DNA of 61,211 nt, counting the filler, from Streblomastix strix (taxonomy: Eukaryota): assembly GCA_008636045.1 (NCBI GenBank). It is 3 parts of 3 records of this genome, joined end to end, with 100 filler letters (N's around TTAATTAATTAA, not from the genome) between each part and the next. Parts side by side here need not be neighbours in the genome. Positions count along the whole stretch, not along the records: positions 1 to 20,352 come from SNRW01000438.1; 2 more parts are not named here. One strand, written 5' to 3'. The notes under the pieces were generated by a model. It was not told the DNA's origin and made no database searches. It worked only from the letters and a program-made list of their open reading frames with translations. This document shows positions 1-13,522 of this stretch, piece by piece; position 1 is the first letter of the stretch; each line of letters starts with the position of its first letter. Both the position numbers and the translations under genes were made by a program.

Positions 1-803
1 GTTTAATAGGCTGAATTATTAGTCATTACAATAACTTACAAAGGATTCAAGGACCCGAACTCTGGTGGAACATTTACTGCATTATATATAATCTATGAGA
101 TAAGTGTATGACCAATTGAATTCACACATAAAGTTATTGTTGTATTTCGTTTCCGCTCAGGCTCTAACTTTGTTGCTCGTTTGCAATTATCTGGACATAC
201 GACCTTTAAATTTCTGTCAATCACTTCACTTCCAGTCTCATCTATATTACAGATGTTCTCGATATCATATTTACTCAGAATACTCTCAAAATACTCATAA
301 AAGGGCCTTAAATTCGATTAAGTACATGCTTAAAGACGCTTTATATCCAGAAGATGACCTCGTAATACTTTATATAATTTACTTCTGTCAATATAATGAT
401 CAGCCCAACCTTTTGATAATGTAGCTTTTTGGTTTTCTGTTCATTTTTGATTCTGATCAATTAAACTTTATGCTTTATCTTGTATCTCAGGACGAGTTGA
501 ATACTATTTAAATTTAATTTTTCTCTAGATCCATTCGTGTAGAGATATCTCTTCCTCTTCCCATAATTCTGATGGTCTCCCAACATGACCTAAAGTGCGA
601 TGGTGATTATGAACATCTGCAGCATGATCTAATTGCCATCGAGAAACAAGGCCAGTGGAAAGAATGTTTGCGCGCTCATAGCCACGCGTAACAAGTAATT
701 CCCATGCAAGTTGTAATGTGAAAGGTGAGTATGTTAATTTTCCTTAAAGATGCAATAATTTGATTTCTGTAATGATCAGCTAATTTTGAATTCGACGAGG
801 CAT
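1..803 (-). pseudogene. pogo-family (DDE_1) transposase relic, N-terminal half; runs off the contig start
   Basis: ATG at 803. Table-6 translation gives an HTH-like GRPSELWEEEEISLHEWI, then LSKGWADHYI, the first catalytic-Asp motif NICNIDETG, and TITLCVNSIG. Contains frameshifts and internal TGA; GTAAG donor near 39. Confidence 0.8.
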
Positions 804-1099
804 TTCGATATTATTATGGGGTATTTTCAAAAAAAGAAATTAAAAATTACATTAAATTTACTAATTTAGTTAAATTTTTTAGCATCATAAAAATTATAAA
901 TTAATTTTGTAATAATTTATTAAAAATAAGTTTAATTTTTATTCGAAATTAAAAAATTTTTGAAGCGAATTTTTATGTCCTAAACAAATATTTTAGAAAA
1001 AATTTCATTAAACCATTTTTTATAATGACGTGCGTAAATAAATTATATAGTTAAATTGTCTTAAATCAGAAATTATACATTCAGTATATTGTTTTACTT

Positions 1100-2350
1100 T
1101 CAGGAAGTTTTACAATTACCCTATGAGATGGAAATGATGCTGATTTTGATGTTATTGAAGATGGGGATGACATTTATTTACATTTGCGAAGGTATTTATT
1201 CATTTTTTATTGGTTCATTTAATTCAAATTATTATTTTTTATATTCATAATTAATATTCATATTTCCAATAATTTTCAATTTTTCATTATTTTCTTATTC
1301 TTTTTTATTAAATTTTCTTTATTCATTTTCTTCTTTAACAAATCCAATTTTACTTTCTTTAAGTATTTTAATTAAAGAAGAAAGAATAGAAAATATTTAT
1401 TGTGTTGGTTGTGATATATTTGTGTTTGTATTTGATTTTGAAGATACTTTCAATAATTAAGCAGTTTAATTTAATAACTATTATATGTCAAATGCAAATT
1501 AAGACTATTAAAAAGAAAAATTAGAAGAATAATATTATTGAAAGAATGGAATAGTTGTTCGAAGTGGTACAGAACGAGGAGAATAAATTTCATTAAATGA
1601 GTTTGGTACTGGAATGGCTATCGTTGTTTATTCTTCAAATTTTTCTTCAAATATTTATTTACTCTAATTATAATATTTTATTTTCTTATTTATTTTTATT
1701 ATTTTTAATTTTGAATTATTCTTCATTTTTATTATTAATCATTTCTTATCTTTCAAATATAAGACTTAATTCAATTCATAATCTTTCACACAATTAAAAA
1801 TAATTCAAAATTTCTTCTATCTAATTGATTATCATATTTATAATAAGATTAATTTTGTTAATATGAAGATATGTTATTTGAACAAATTAATTATAAGTAG
1901 AATATATAGGATTAAATAAATTATGATCTATATTTTCTGATTAATAAGTAATTTAATTAGATTTTTTGAAGTATTTTAAATTAATTTTCTTTTTGTCATT
2001 GTAAAATATTATCAGTGTTTGTTTGAATACAACTGGTTTCGTTAATATCTGTGTTTAAGTTTGAGTAATAGTTCGACTGATTTGAAAATTTAATTTAATA
2101 TTTGATATTGTTGATGATTATAATAAAATATTTGCTAGTGAAGAAGAATATGTTTGTGATGATGATGTTTGTGATGATGAAATTGATGTAGAATAAGAAA
2201 ATTGGAAATTAGATTAAAATTTATAAAATGTCACTTAATTGAACTGTTTCAGGTATTTTCATATTTCAAGAGTCTTATCCGATTGATTCAAGTTGAAAAA
2301 AGTATGCATTGAATATCAAAATGAGTGCGTAAGAATAAAGATGATTAGTG
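1100..2350 (-). pseudogene. degenerate low-complexity Ser/Thr/Gln/Asn-rich coding relic
   Basis: Minus-strand stretch reads SYSTSISSSQTSSSQTYSSSLANIL... with disruptions; no recognisable domain. Confidence 0.3.
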
Positions 2351-4407
2351 ACAAAAAAAATAAATAAATAAATAATAAAATGACAAAAATTTATATTTGT
2401 AGAGTGAAATTATACGTAATATTAAAATTTTAAATTTAATTAATTAAATTTTGGAAAAATAAATCATTATATTCTCATTATACAGAATATTCAACAATCA
2501 AATGTACTTTCATTGTTATAAATATTTAATATTTAGCAGTATAAAATTTGATTTATAATAATATTTTCATTTTTGATTGTTATTTTTAAAATTTTAAAAA
2601 ATTGTAATTATTTGCAGTAAATATCATATTATTTATAAAATTATAGTTTTTAAAAGTATTAAATCATGATATAAATAATCTTTAATAGTTTACTGAGAAA
2701 AAATGTAGAATCAATGATGTAAAATAGCAGATATATTTCACAAAATAAATTTTCACAAGAAATCTTCATTCCTTTCAACAATACAAATTTTATTATAAAT
2801 AAATTTTATAGCTGTAATATTATATTTGAAATTATTCAATAATCACCACATATGTTCAATTTATATTTTTTAAAAATTTTCCTATTTTTTCCGCAACTCA
2901 ACTACCAAACTCTGATTCATTAATTTCAAATATTCTTCAAAATTAATACTTTAATATTTAGACCTATTTCAACAAAAACTAAATTCTAACTTTTCCAAAA
3001 TATTAAATCAAAATATTTTTGCACATTTTTCACATTTATGCGCTATTGAACAATTTATACAATGTGTAATCTATTTATATTTTTTTTATTTTTACAACTA
3101 GACATAATTTCACAAAAAATTCAATAAAACTACTGACAATGAACACTTGCGCAGAACCAACAATTTTTTTCACGAAATTCCCCGTCCAGCCCCACAGTTT
3201 CATTTGCTCAACTAACGTTCAAATTAAAGTTGATATTCATGTCAATACGAATACTTTGATATGCGATTCAACTTTGACAAATGAAAAGTACCAATCTTTT
3301 ATCCCTACCCAATAATTAAATTAAGTTTTATTTAAATTAATATTTTTCATAATGAATCAAATAGATTTATACAAATAGTTCATCATTTGACTAGGTTATT
3401 GGTTAGAATCGTAAAAGAAATAAATAATTAATTTTATAATTGATTAATATAAAATAAATGAAAAAAATTTAAAAATTTTTAATAATTTAACATTTATTAA
3501 ATACATTTCAATATATTTTAATATTTTTTGTATAAAATCACACAGATCCACTTTGACCACGAAATGATTCTCCTAAAAATGAATTATTGCTCTAATATAA
3601 AGTATATCCAAAAATAAATAATTAATTAAAAGGGATTAACTATAATTTGTATTTTGATTTAATATTTCTTACACATATTTTTATATATACCAATATATAT
3701 AAGAAAAAATCATACTGATTCAATTTAATAGTTATTCGTTGAACCAAAAAATGATTTATTATCATTTGATATAGTCGAAATATTAATTAATTATAATTTT
3801 ATACAATTTATTAATAGAATTTTATAAATAATACAATATTTTAAATAAATTTTAACAATAAATTAATTAATTAATATATCTATATATGTTATTAAGTATG
3901 TATTCAATATTTACATTCACATAAGATTCATATTTGAGCTTCTATATCAATTAAGTAGGGAGAATTAGCTCCACATTATAAATAAACAGAAAAAAATAAG
4001 ATTTATATTCATAAATAAATTCTTGAATAAAAATATAATAAAAGATAAGCACATTTACAATATTCAAAGAAATAATTAATATTATTGAGACTAAAATTTA
4101 TATTTATTGATGAAATATATATATTCTAAAATATATGATAGATATTTTGGAAGAAAAAAATAATAAAATAAATGCAGAAACAAACTTCTTTATTTTTGCA
4201 AAAAATCGTATTTTTTACAATTCATTAATTAATTCAATAAATAAAATAAAATAATACATATATAAATCATAAAATTGATAATGATTCATAATTTTTTTGG
4301 AAAATGTTAATTATTCGTGATTTAATTTTGAAAACTTGCTCCAATCTAAAAATTTCAAAAATCTTCTTTTTATCTCTTTTTTGACTTTGGACCCCCCAAC
4401 AAAGGTC

Positions 4408-6270
4408 ATGCCAAAAATGAAACAAAAATCTCCCCTGCAAAATAAAAATTTTTCACCGGCAAATTTTGGTGAAATAGGTCTTAAAAAAATCGCTGGCTGC
4501 AGCTAACGTCGATGTTTGGAAAATGAAAAAAGTTATACACATACATGCAGAAGGACAATAACTTAGCTAGAAAGGAAGCCCCGGTTTGCTATTTAAAGAA
4601 GAAAAACAAGAACTATTGATCTGGTTAACGCAGCGTGTAAAATCGAAGCAGTACCCTCATGTTTGTGAGATTTTTCAAATAGTTAGAGAATTTTTATAAA
4701 TAAATTACTAATTTTTTTGTTTTGGCTTGATCGATCACCTATTTCAACCCCAAACGACAAGGAATAACTCCGAGATTACATAGAACATGGCCATATAATC
4801 TTCAAAATTTTTAGCCGCAATTCAAGTTAGTTAATGGACATAGACTAGACGAACCCAGATTGAGAGCATGTACAACATCTGCAATTTAACCATTTTATAT
4901 CAAATTTGCTTTATATAAATCAAAAAGACAATATCAAAAGCATAATTAATGGAATTTTGATGAAGCTGGTAACTAGATTTGAATTAGTTTAATAATAAAT
5001 ATTAATTATTTATATTTTAATATTAATTGAATAAATTAATCTTGCATTATTAGGAGGGATCGAGGTTGGAATAGAAGAATCATCACCGATAAATTTTGAA
5101 GAAGATAAACTCACACCTTTGACTGTTACACCTTGTATTTGTTCAGGAGGAAACTTTTTTATCAGCCTAGCTAATATGCAAATCTAAAAGAAAAGTATTT
5201 GATGAGTATCATAATCTTCCAAAGAAGTACTTTTTTGTCTAATTCAGTGACAGTGCTTGGTAAACAAAGGCTACTTTAGAAGTTTATTTATGGCAAGTCG
5301 TTTTTCCTGGTTTTATCAAAGCGCTGTTAGAAGGTCTTAAAGGATAACCAGATGATAATGAATGGCTTATTTTATTCGATGATGGGCACAATTCGAGGAT
5401 CAATTCTTCTCTCTGGTTATATGCGTTGTAATTAAGAATAGATGTATTTTGTATTCCTGCACCCTTCCACAGTGACTCAACCCTGTGACAGAGGCGTCAA
5501 TGTAGAATTGAAGGTAAAATTCGAATTTATATTATATATTTTAATAGATTATTTAAAAAATTTGCAAATATTTCTGAATAATTAAGTAACATTTATTTAA
5601 ATTATTTTAATATTTAATTTTTTATTCATTTTTGGACTCTCTTGTTCATCATCTTAAAGCACATACTGTTTATGATGAAGACTATCATGATAATTAGACT
5701 TAAGCATCAAGAAATAGAATCTCAGTCTGTAGAGCACTTGTACCTGCGTATCAGGATGTCATGCATTTTGATGCAGTAACAAATTCCTGGATGTAAACTG
5801 CCATATTTCCGTTAGAACTTGATATTATTCGTAAGTTGGGTGAGTGCCAACTTGCACCAAAACCGTACCATTTGTCATCTAGATTTTCCTACTCTGGATG
5901 CTTATTTACTGATCCATCTTTCCTAAAGCGTTGGAAATAAGATATTGCAATGAAAGCAGAAGCTCGCAAGTAGATTGAAACTTAGCAAGATTAAACAAAT
6001 TCAAATGAATTAAATATTGAGAAAGAAACTGAAAAAGAAATTGAAAATTAAAAAGACATTGAAATTAAATAAAGAACTGTTGATGAAGATCTAATTGAAG
6101 TTGAAGAAGATAGTGAAGAAGATGAGGACTATAGCAAGATGATGGAAATTGAAGAAGATAATCAACTAAGTTATATTACATTTAATGCGTTAAAAGGAAA
6201 AGATGATAATTCTCTCCAAAGCGAAGAAAAATAAAACTATGAAATTGAAAACAAATTGGATCAGTTCCGA
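4408..6270 (+). mobile_element. pogo/Fot1-like DD35D transposase pseudogene with spliceosomal-type introns
   Basis: HTH-like GSPGLLFKEEKQELLIWL (~4573-4625), WNFDEAG (~4950), TVTPCICSGG (~5122), and LILFDDGHNSR...FCIPA/PSTVTQPCDRGVN (~5365-5500). Spacing is 35 aa between the 2nd and 3rd Asp if a 2-nt deletion near 5462 is restored. Acidic C-terminal tail; AT-rich GT...AG gaps such as 5513-5547. Confidence 0.85.
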
Positions 6271-6599
6271 TGGTAGCATGCTTTTTAGCTTTAATGATTG
6301 TACGAGTTCCGTAACTGAGTTTTTTTAACCAAAAATTTTTAAAGATTTATATTATTTATTAATTAATATCACAAAAATAAATAATGTAATAATTTAAAAA
6401 ATTTTCAAAAAATATTTTTAATTATAAAAATTTAAATAAAAAATTTTATAAATTAAATTTATTAAAAATTTTTAATTGGTAAAAAAATTAAATTTTTTAT
6501 TTTATTTCATACATGTATATATACATTAAGAATTTGTATATACATTTTATTAAATTACTATAATTAATTATTAATATAATAGCTATTATGATTTATATC

Positions 6600-7400
6600 C
6601 TTCGGCCAATATGAATACAACCATAGACTGAAACTATCGGAACTGTCCCATTGTAAGAATAATAACTAGAAAAGAAATAAAAAAATATTGAAGAATCAGA
6701 AAATTTGATTGAAGAAAGAATATTACAGTTAGGAGTATAATAAAACGAACTGAATAGAAAGAAAGAAGAACAGAAAATAATAAGAAAATCTGAAGAAATT
6801 TTATTTGATAATGAAAACGAGTAAATACAGAAAGAGTTGAATGAACTAAATCGACTTTCCAAAGAAAGAGGAAAAGAGATGAAGATATTAGTGAATAAAA
6901 TGATGGAATTCAAAATTTAGAAATAGAATACGATGATTAAATGATCAAGAAATAAAAGAAAATCGTGAAGAAAAAGTCGATTAATTAGAAGAATAAGTCA
7001 GTAAATAAAATGTTAAAAGATGAAGAAATAGATTTATAAATTAGAAAAAAAAGTAAAAAAAATTTAATCTGATATAAATAAAATGAAAAAAAGAGGAAGA
7101 AATTAATAGGAGAAGAAAAATCGAAAAAGAAGAAGAATCAAATATGAATGTATTGATGTGAGTGAAAAAATAACAGAAACAAGTGAATAATAATCAGATT
7201 GGGACTCTGATTATGACAAAAAGGATAAAAAAATTAAAAAGATGCAGTATTTGAAGCATCAAATAGTGATTCAGAAAGTAGTTCAATTGATTATGATATA
7301 AAAATAAGTTAGAAGAAGAAGTCTCAAATGAGACTGAAAAGAAAAAAAAGAAATCAATCAGCTAATGCATAAGAAGCAGAATAAACAAACAAATTGATCA
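6600..7400 (+). pseudogene. Glu/Lys/Gln-rich coiled-coil coding relic, possibly part of the pogo element
   Basis: Reads ETIGTVPLQEQQLEKKQKNIEESENLIEERILQ... in table 6, with later frameshifts and TGA. Confidence 0.35.
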
Positions 7401-7894
7401 AATAACGATTAAGTGACTGATTTCCAATTTATATATATTATCTTATTCCTTATTACAATTGTTAAGATATTTTGAAAATTATTATAATAACATTAACATT
7501 ATTCATTTCGTTATTTCATTTATGTACTATTTCTACTTCTTTTAACTTTAAATTCATTCATAAAATTTTCTTGTATCTATTTTACTATTTGTATTGTATT
7601 AAAATGTTTTGTTATTTAGTTATTTTATTAAAAGCTATATGATAAATTTAAAAATAAATAATAAATCAGAATTAAATATTAAAAAAAAAATTTAAAAAAA
7701 ATAATTAATTTTATAAAAAATAGCTATATCCATAGCAAGAAATAATAAACCGTCAATTCAGAAATCATTTTTTGTCAATGCACAAGGGATGAACTCATAT
7801 CTACGCCATTTAACTGGAGAGTGTTAGTTAATTTTGTTTTTCTCTTATTATCTGATTGTTAAGGCTTTTAATCTACTTCATGTAAGAGAATATC

Positions 7895-10240
7895 TCATTC
7901 AGTCAAGAAACTTATTTCAATATCCATTTCTGTACATTCATTCTCTTTATGATGCAAATCAGAATGTTTCTTGTCCTTTGACTTAATGCATGCAATAACG
8001 ATGATAAAAATGATTACAACAGCAATAATAAACACAATAATTAGAATAACAATACTGTGAATAAGCTTAATATCAAATTTTGATGATATTCTTCCAGATT
8101 TATCATCACCAGGCTATTCTGGAATTATGTCAATTACTGTTGGTAATGCAGGTACTCAATTAATTTGATCTTTTTTTCCAGACATATAGAAACTATTTTC
8201 CTATTCAACGGATTAATCTAGATCTTTCAATAGAGAATATGGAAATTGGAAGATATTCTCAGGATTTAAATATTCAATTGTAGGAAAAAAACTGTAAATA
8301 TCAAACTCAAAGGTTAATCTTTTATCAACTTTATATTTTTCAAGCAGTTCAAGTACAAGAGTTCGTAAGCATTGTCCAAAGCAACATTAATAGTAGTAGC
8401 ACCAATTCCCCCTTCGCAAACTACTTTAGTTTACATTGAACTGAGTGTGTTTCTATTTCTCAATCCATTATTATCAAGTATTATATCTATGGTTATTTAT
8501 TCGTTTGCACCATTTAATGCTCTTACTGCAGGTCCTTCAAATGTTATTAAAGTTGAACCTGATATTTAAACGGCAATTTAACCATCAGCAATAATTGCTG
8601 CACTATATCCAACACTGCATGAATCAGCTAATCCTAAATTGTACTAAACATTTGAACTTACAGAATTTCTACCTTCTAAGATGCAATTTTCAATAATTAA
8701 CTATCCAATTGCGTTCTTTCTAATTCTATTACTTAATAATCCAATTCTATTAACAATAAAAGCTATTGGTGCATTCTCAGATCCAATTTTATTTGATCCT
8801 TATATATATAATTAAGTGAGTGAAACAAATTCATCATCATGAATACAAAATAGTGTACTACCAATAGGATAATATGATATATGTAGATTATGTTTAAAAG
8901 AAATTATGTCTGATGATGTTCAGAAATTTGATCCTTTAAAGGATATTGTAATGTCTTAAAATTGATATTGAAACAGAAACAATAATAAATAAATAGAGTA
9001 TTTAAAAATATTTAAAAATTCAAAATTATATTAAAATATTATTAATAAAAATAGAAATAAAATACCATCAGTTCGAAAATCGTTCTTAGTGAATAAATCT
9101 AATACAGAAATTGATCTCGGAATTCCTTTTAGTAATCCTAAAACATCCTATTCTCTTATAATAATCATAGCACAACCAATAGATTGAACATCATCACGGA
9201 AGTTAGCTGCATAACTTTTACACGACTCTTATCCATTAGTACTAACTTGAATATTTGTATATTCATCACCGAGCGGAAGAATTAAATAATCAAATTGTTC
9301 ACTTTGATGTGTTTTCACAGCTCCTAGAACTAAAAATTATACCAAAATCAACTATTTAGAACTAATCAATTAGATTCTATGAAACACCACTAGATGGAAG
9401 TATGATTATAAATTCAATATGGTTTTTATTGTTTTTTGGTAATCTGTCAATGTTAGTGCTATTCATGATGAGAATTTGTTGTGGGTTTAATTCTTCAATT
9501 AAGATGGAACTTGCTTTTTAGATTGGAGCGAGTGAGTTTTGAATAATTTCAAAATTTTTACTCAATAGAATTGAGTATGGTGAAGGATATTAATTCTAAA
9601 TCAGGTTTTAATCTTTTGTATGAATAAATATAATACTTGCTTCAGCTTATGCAAATGCAGTATTCTACTTCATATGCTAATCTGAAATTTTAATGTTTGA
9701 TTCTTGAGTAAGTTCAATCAAATTCAATAGAAGTGGAGATGTGTTTCCTAATGTTAAAGTAAGATTTGTAACAGTTAATGATGTGAATTGAATCAGGTTT
9801 GGAGAAGCAGCTTAAATCGGCGATTGATTTCCTTCAAGATTATTTCAATTGAAATTCATATTCTCCAGAATAAGACTTTCACGAGATACAATCGCTAATG
9901 AATGTCTGTTAAATAGCTATATTAAGAGAATTTCAGAATAGGATACAATTTATGAATTTCAATATTTTTCCATCATCGCAAATTTAGAAGAATAGATCAG
10001 CAAAATCAATGCAAAAGTTTGTGAAACTATTGAATATTTTTCCATTTGGATATTATAGCCCTGCAATGTCGATTTAAGCTTCTAATTAAGGAACAATTTC
10101 AATAATAGGATATTCTTAAAATTAATTAATAATTAAATCATGTGAAAATGTATAATTTAAAAATATAACACACTGGTTATAATACATTGCAAGAAAGTTG
10201 AAAATTATATCACCTATAATTCTTCATCATCATGGATGAT
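7895..10240 (-). pseudogene. decayed single-pass surface protein (beta-rich ectodomain, C-terminal TM helix)
   Basis: Ectodomain HSLAIVSRESLILENMNFN*NNLEGNQSPIQAASPNLIQF... has internal TGA and frameshifts. C-terminal TM IHSIVILIIVFIIAVVIIFIIVIACI followed by KSKDKK (~7975-8065). Intron-like gap ~8955-9065. Confidence 0.6.
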
Positions 10241-10633
10241 TAAACTATTCTATATATTTATAATCGCAAAAATATTCCGAAAAGTTAAATATATGTAAAT
10301 AAAGATAATATTTAAATAATTGGCTTGAATAAAGCAATAAACATGAACGAAACAAAATAAAATAGAAATTATACTATTTATATCATAAGTATAAAATAAA
10401 GATGATATTTTTCAATTTTGAAAATATTACTCAAAATTTTTTTAAAATAAAATTAATTATAGAATAGAAAATATATAAACAATTAAGGTAGTAAACGAAA
10501 AAATACATAATAAATTCACAAATAATACGTAATAAATTCAATTAAATTATATATATCGTTTAATAAGATGAATTAGTGGCAAATTAATCCAAAATGAAAT
10601 AAAATTACATTCAAAATTACAATAAAAAAAATA

Positions 10634-11189
10634 TCTATGCTACATATATAAAAAAATTACACTCCCATAGCAAAAAAAACATGAAAAACGCATGATTTTT
10701 CTCGGACTCCAGACACATATATATAAGTAGCATAAATTCAGTCTATGTAAAATATATTTAGAAAAATTCGGTTACTTCCCCGTTGTCGAGAAAAATTGCA
10801 TTTTTTTTGATTGGCTGTTGAAATTTTGACCTTAGAATTTTTTGGTAAAAATATATTCAATATATTTATTTAAAGCAGAAAATCCGTAGCGGAGCGCGGG
10901 TAGACCCCTAGTCTATGCTACTTATATAAAAAAATTACACTCCCATAGCAAAAAAGACATGAAAAACACATGATTTTTCTCGGACTCCAGACACATATAT
11001 ATAAGTAGCATAAATTCAGTCTATGTAAAATATATTTAGAAAAATTCGGTTACTTCCCCGTTGTCGAGAAAAATTGCATTTTTTTTGATTGGCTGTTGAA
11101 ATTTTGACCTTAGAATTTTTTGGTAAAAATATATTCTATATATTTATTTAAAGCAGAAAATCCGCAGCCGAGCGCGGGTAGACCCCTAG
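10634..11189 (+). mobile_element. two head-to-tail 278-bp non-autonomous Helitrons (10634-10911, 10912-11189)
   Basis: Each near-identical copy starts 5'-TC and ends CTAG-3', with a GC-rich hairpin (CCGCAGCCGAGCGCGG in copy 2) about 11 nt upstream of the end. The array sits between host A and T with no TSD. Confidence 0.88.
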
Positions 11190-11608
11190 TTTTGTTTTCA
11201 TTCTTTAGCAGGAGTATTACATAAAAAATATCATTTATTTTTTATTTGTGTATTAATTAATTGTTATTATTTTACTAAAATAAATGATTTTAATAAATTT
11301 TACCAAAAAAAGTGCGGTTTTGATTTTACCACACGGTTTTGGTTTCACCAACAACCCTATAAAAAAAATTTCAAAATTATTTTTTTTTCATTAAATTCAA
11401 AATTTTAAATTAATAATAAAAATAATGTTATAAAATAATATTAGAAAATCTTTTTTCAATGGAACTTTTTAAAAAAATTTCATTTTCAAAAAATAGAAAT
11501 AATTTTTTTCTCAACATCTGTAGTATTATATTAAATATAAATGTTGTAATTTAGTTTATATATAATTGTAATAAAGAAATATATATTAATGTATTATGAT
11601 CATAACAC

Positions 11609-11671
11609 TTTTCTTCAGGGTGACAGGTGACATGGGTGCCATGTCACCCACCACCATGTAACCCAAGAAAA
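11609..11671. repeat. GC-rich hairpin/iteron-like element near the left end of the viral segment
   Basis: Perfect stem GGTGACATGG (11626-11635), 3-nt loop, CCATGTCACC (11639-11648). Preceded by a direct GGTGACA copy and enclosed by imperfect arms TTTTCTTCAGGGTGACA...TGTAACCCAAGAAAA. Confidence 0.8.
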
Positions 11672-12523
11672 TCGTATCACCGATATAACCCTAGGCCTTG
11701 CTCCACATTCAGTTTGTATTTATTATTCCAGACAAATAATTTATGTGGTTGCTACATTTTTTCATTTGTAATTTAATCAACTATTTTTCTAAACTAGAGG
11801 CTATCGAATGCTCCAATTCCCAAAATTTGTTTTTGTTATTTAGCACTCACTCTAACCAATTAACTGGGATCTATATAAGTAGTATATAAGGAATATCTTT
11901 GTACCAACTCCAAAAATGCATGACCACCACCATTTGTTTTATCTTTTTTTGTTATATTTTTTATTATTGTTTCCTCTCTCCAGGCTATCGCCTTACGTTC
12001 AAAAACAATCTCTAAAGTCTATAACAAAAACATTAGAAGCATTTTGACAGTTATCGCTTTTAAAGTTATTACTAAAATATTCCTTATATATTACTTATTG
12101 ATTTATTATTTACTTAACAAAATTCTTTGTACCAACTTCATTCTTCAAATTGTCATAAAAAACTATTTTGCATGGTGTTTTTTATAACGAAAACGTCTAT
12201 GACACTTCGGTCTTTCAACATCAGCGCCACAATGCTCTTCACGCACTTATAAAAACATTGTGTTTTTCATAACAAACACGTCTATGCGATGACGGTTTAC
12301 ACATAAGTGCTACAATGCTCTACACGCACCCGTAAAATCAAGCATTGTGGAATCAACAATGGAAAAATAAATGGATATCACTAATGGTTCCTATTAATGG
12401 TATGGATCATTAGAAGAGTTCAAACACATGTAAATACTCCTCATGTTATATAGGCTACTCCTCATTCATCTACAGCGTAGTCAGTTCTTGAATGGCTTTC
12501 CTTTGGGAAGTGTTTTCTCTCAA

Positions 12524-13490
12524 TGTTATGGCTTCTGTTCAATTGGTTTAACCTCTTTTTGTTTCATTTACTTAAATCTATCTTTATATTTTTATATTTG
12601 TTTCTATGTTTATATATGTTATTCTTTTATAAATTTATTCTTTGTTCTTAGCTATATCAGTTCTTCAAAATCTAGTTAAGGATTAGTGTAGTTAATAGTA
12701 GATGCTTTTTATTAGTGTTTTTACTTCGAACCTTATGACTTCTTCTTCACATCCATGATAATTTCTCTTTTACTAATACAGTATAATCCGGTTAATTCGC
12801 ACACCGGTTAATTCGCACCATATGTATAATTCGCACTATTATATTATTTGAGGAAATGTCACTGTTTCTCTATTAATTTCTTATAGATAATTCGCAAAAA
12901 AATTTTAAAATTCGCACTTAAAACATAACAAATTTAGAAAAATAATTTTTGTTTGTTAAATTAATTATGAAAAATTTTAATTTTTAATGTAAATATTTAA
13001 AGTTTATTATTATAAATTACTGTTTATACAATATCATACATAAAATTTTCAAAAATACAAAGATTTTTTTTGGTTTTAAAAAAAATTGAAAAAATAATAA
13101 TTTTTTTGAAATTTAAAAAAAAAATTCTTTGATTTTTTTACTTATAAAAGTGCGAATTAACTTAATTCGCACTCGCATTTTTTTCGCCGATGGTAGTGCG
13201 AATTAGCCGGATTTTACTGTAGTTCTTTCATCATCATCAGCATCATCTTATTCATCAGAACTGTTGTTATTATCATCATCCACATTCATTATACTGGTGA
13301 AAACAAGCTTAGGAGTTGGACATATAGCTAATAGCTTATTCTATTGTGCTTGAGTAATTACTTTAGGTCCTTTATAACTATCTTCATATACTTTAATCTA
13401 TTTGCATACTTACATAATATAACAATTGTTGAAGCTCTCGAACGAAGTTCCATTTTCTTTTAATTTTCTTAGTGCTTGTGATTTGTCAAT
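12524..13490 (-). pseudogene. viral ORF of unknown function, interrupted by the MITE
   Basis: DKSQALRKLKENGTSF...DDDERT|ISKREIIMDVKKK; the frame is restored exactly when 12779-13219 plus one TA is removed. Confidence 0.6.
12779..13219. mobile_element. 441-bp Tc1/mariner-pogo-type MITE with TA target-site duplication
   Basis: TIRs CAGTATAATCCGGTTAATTCGCAC / GTGCGAATTAGCCGGATTTTACTG; TA at 12777-78 and 13220-21; several internal AATTCGCAC copies; non-coding AT-rich interior. Confidence 0.92.
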
Positions 13491-13522
13491 TTATCAATAA
13501 ATAAATTTTTTAATCAATAAAA

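Noticed and set aside
104..424. Many standard-code ORFs in the track (e.g. 104-424, 6593-6913, 23721-24047, 32272-32592, 36153-36494)
   Set aside because: Antisense or off-frame shadows of genes that read properly under table 6.
3140..3310. Locally GC-richer patch in an AT desert
   Set aside because: No convincing frame, tRNA fold or terminal repeat identifiable by eye.
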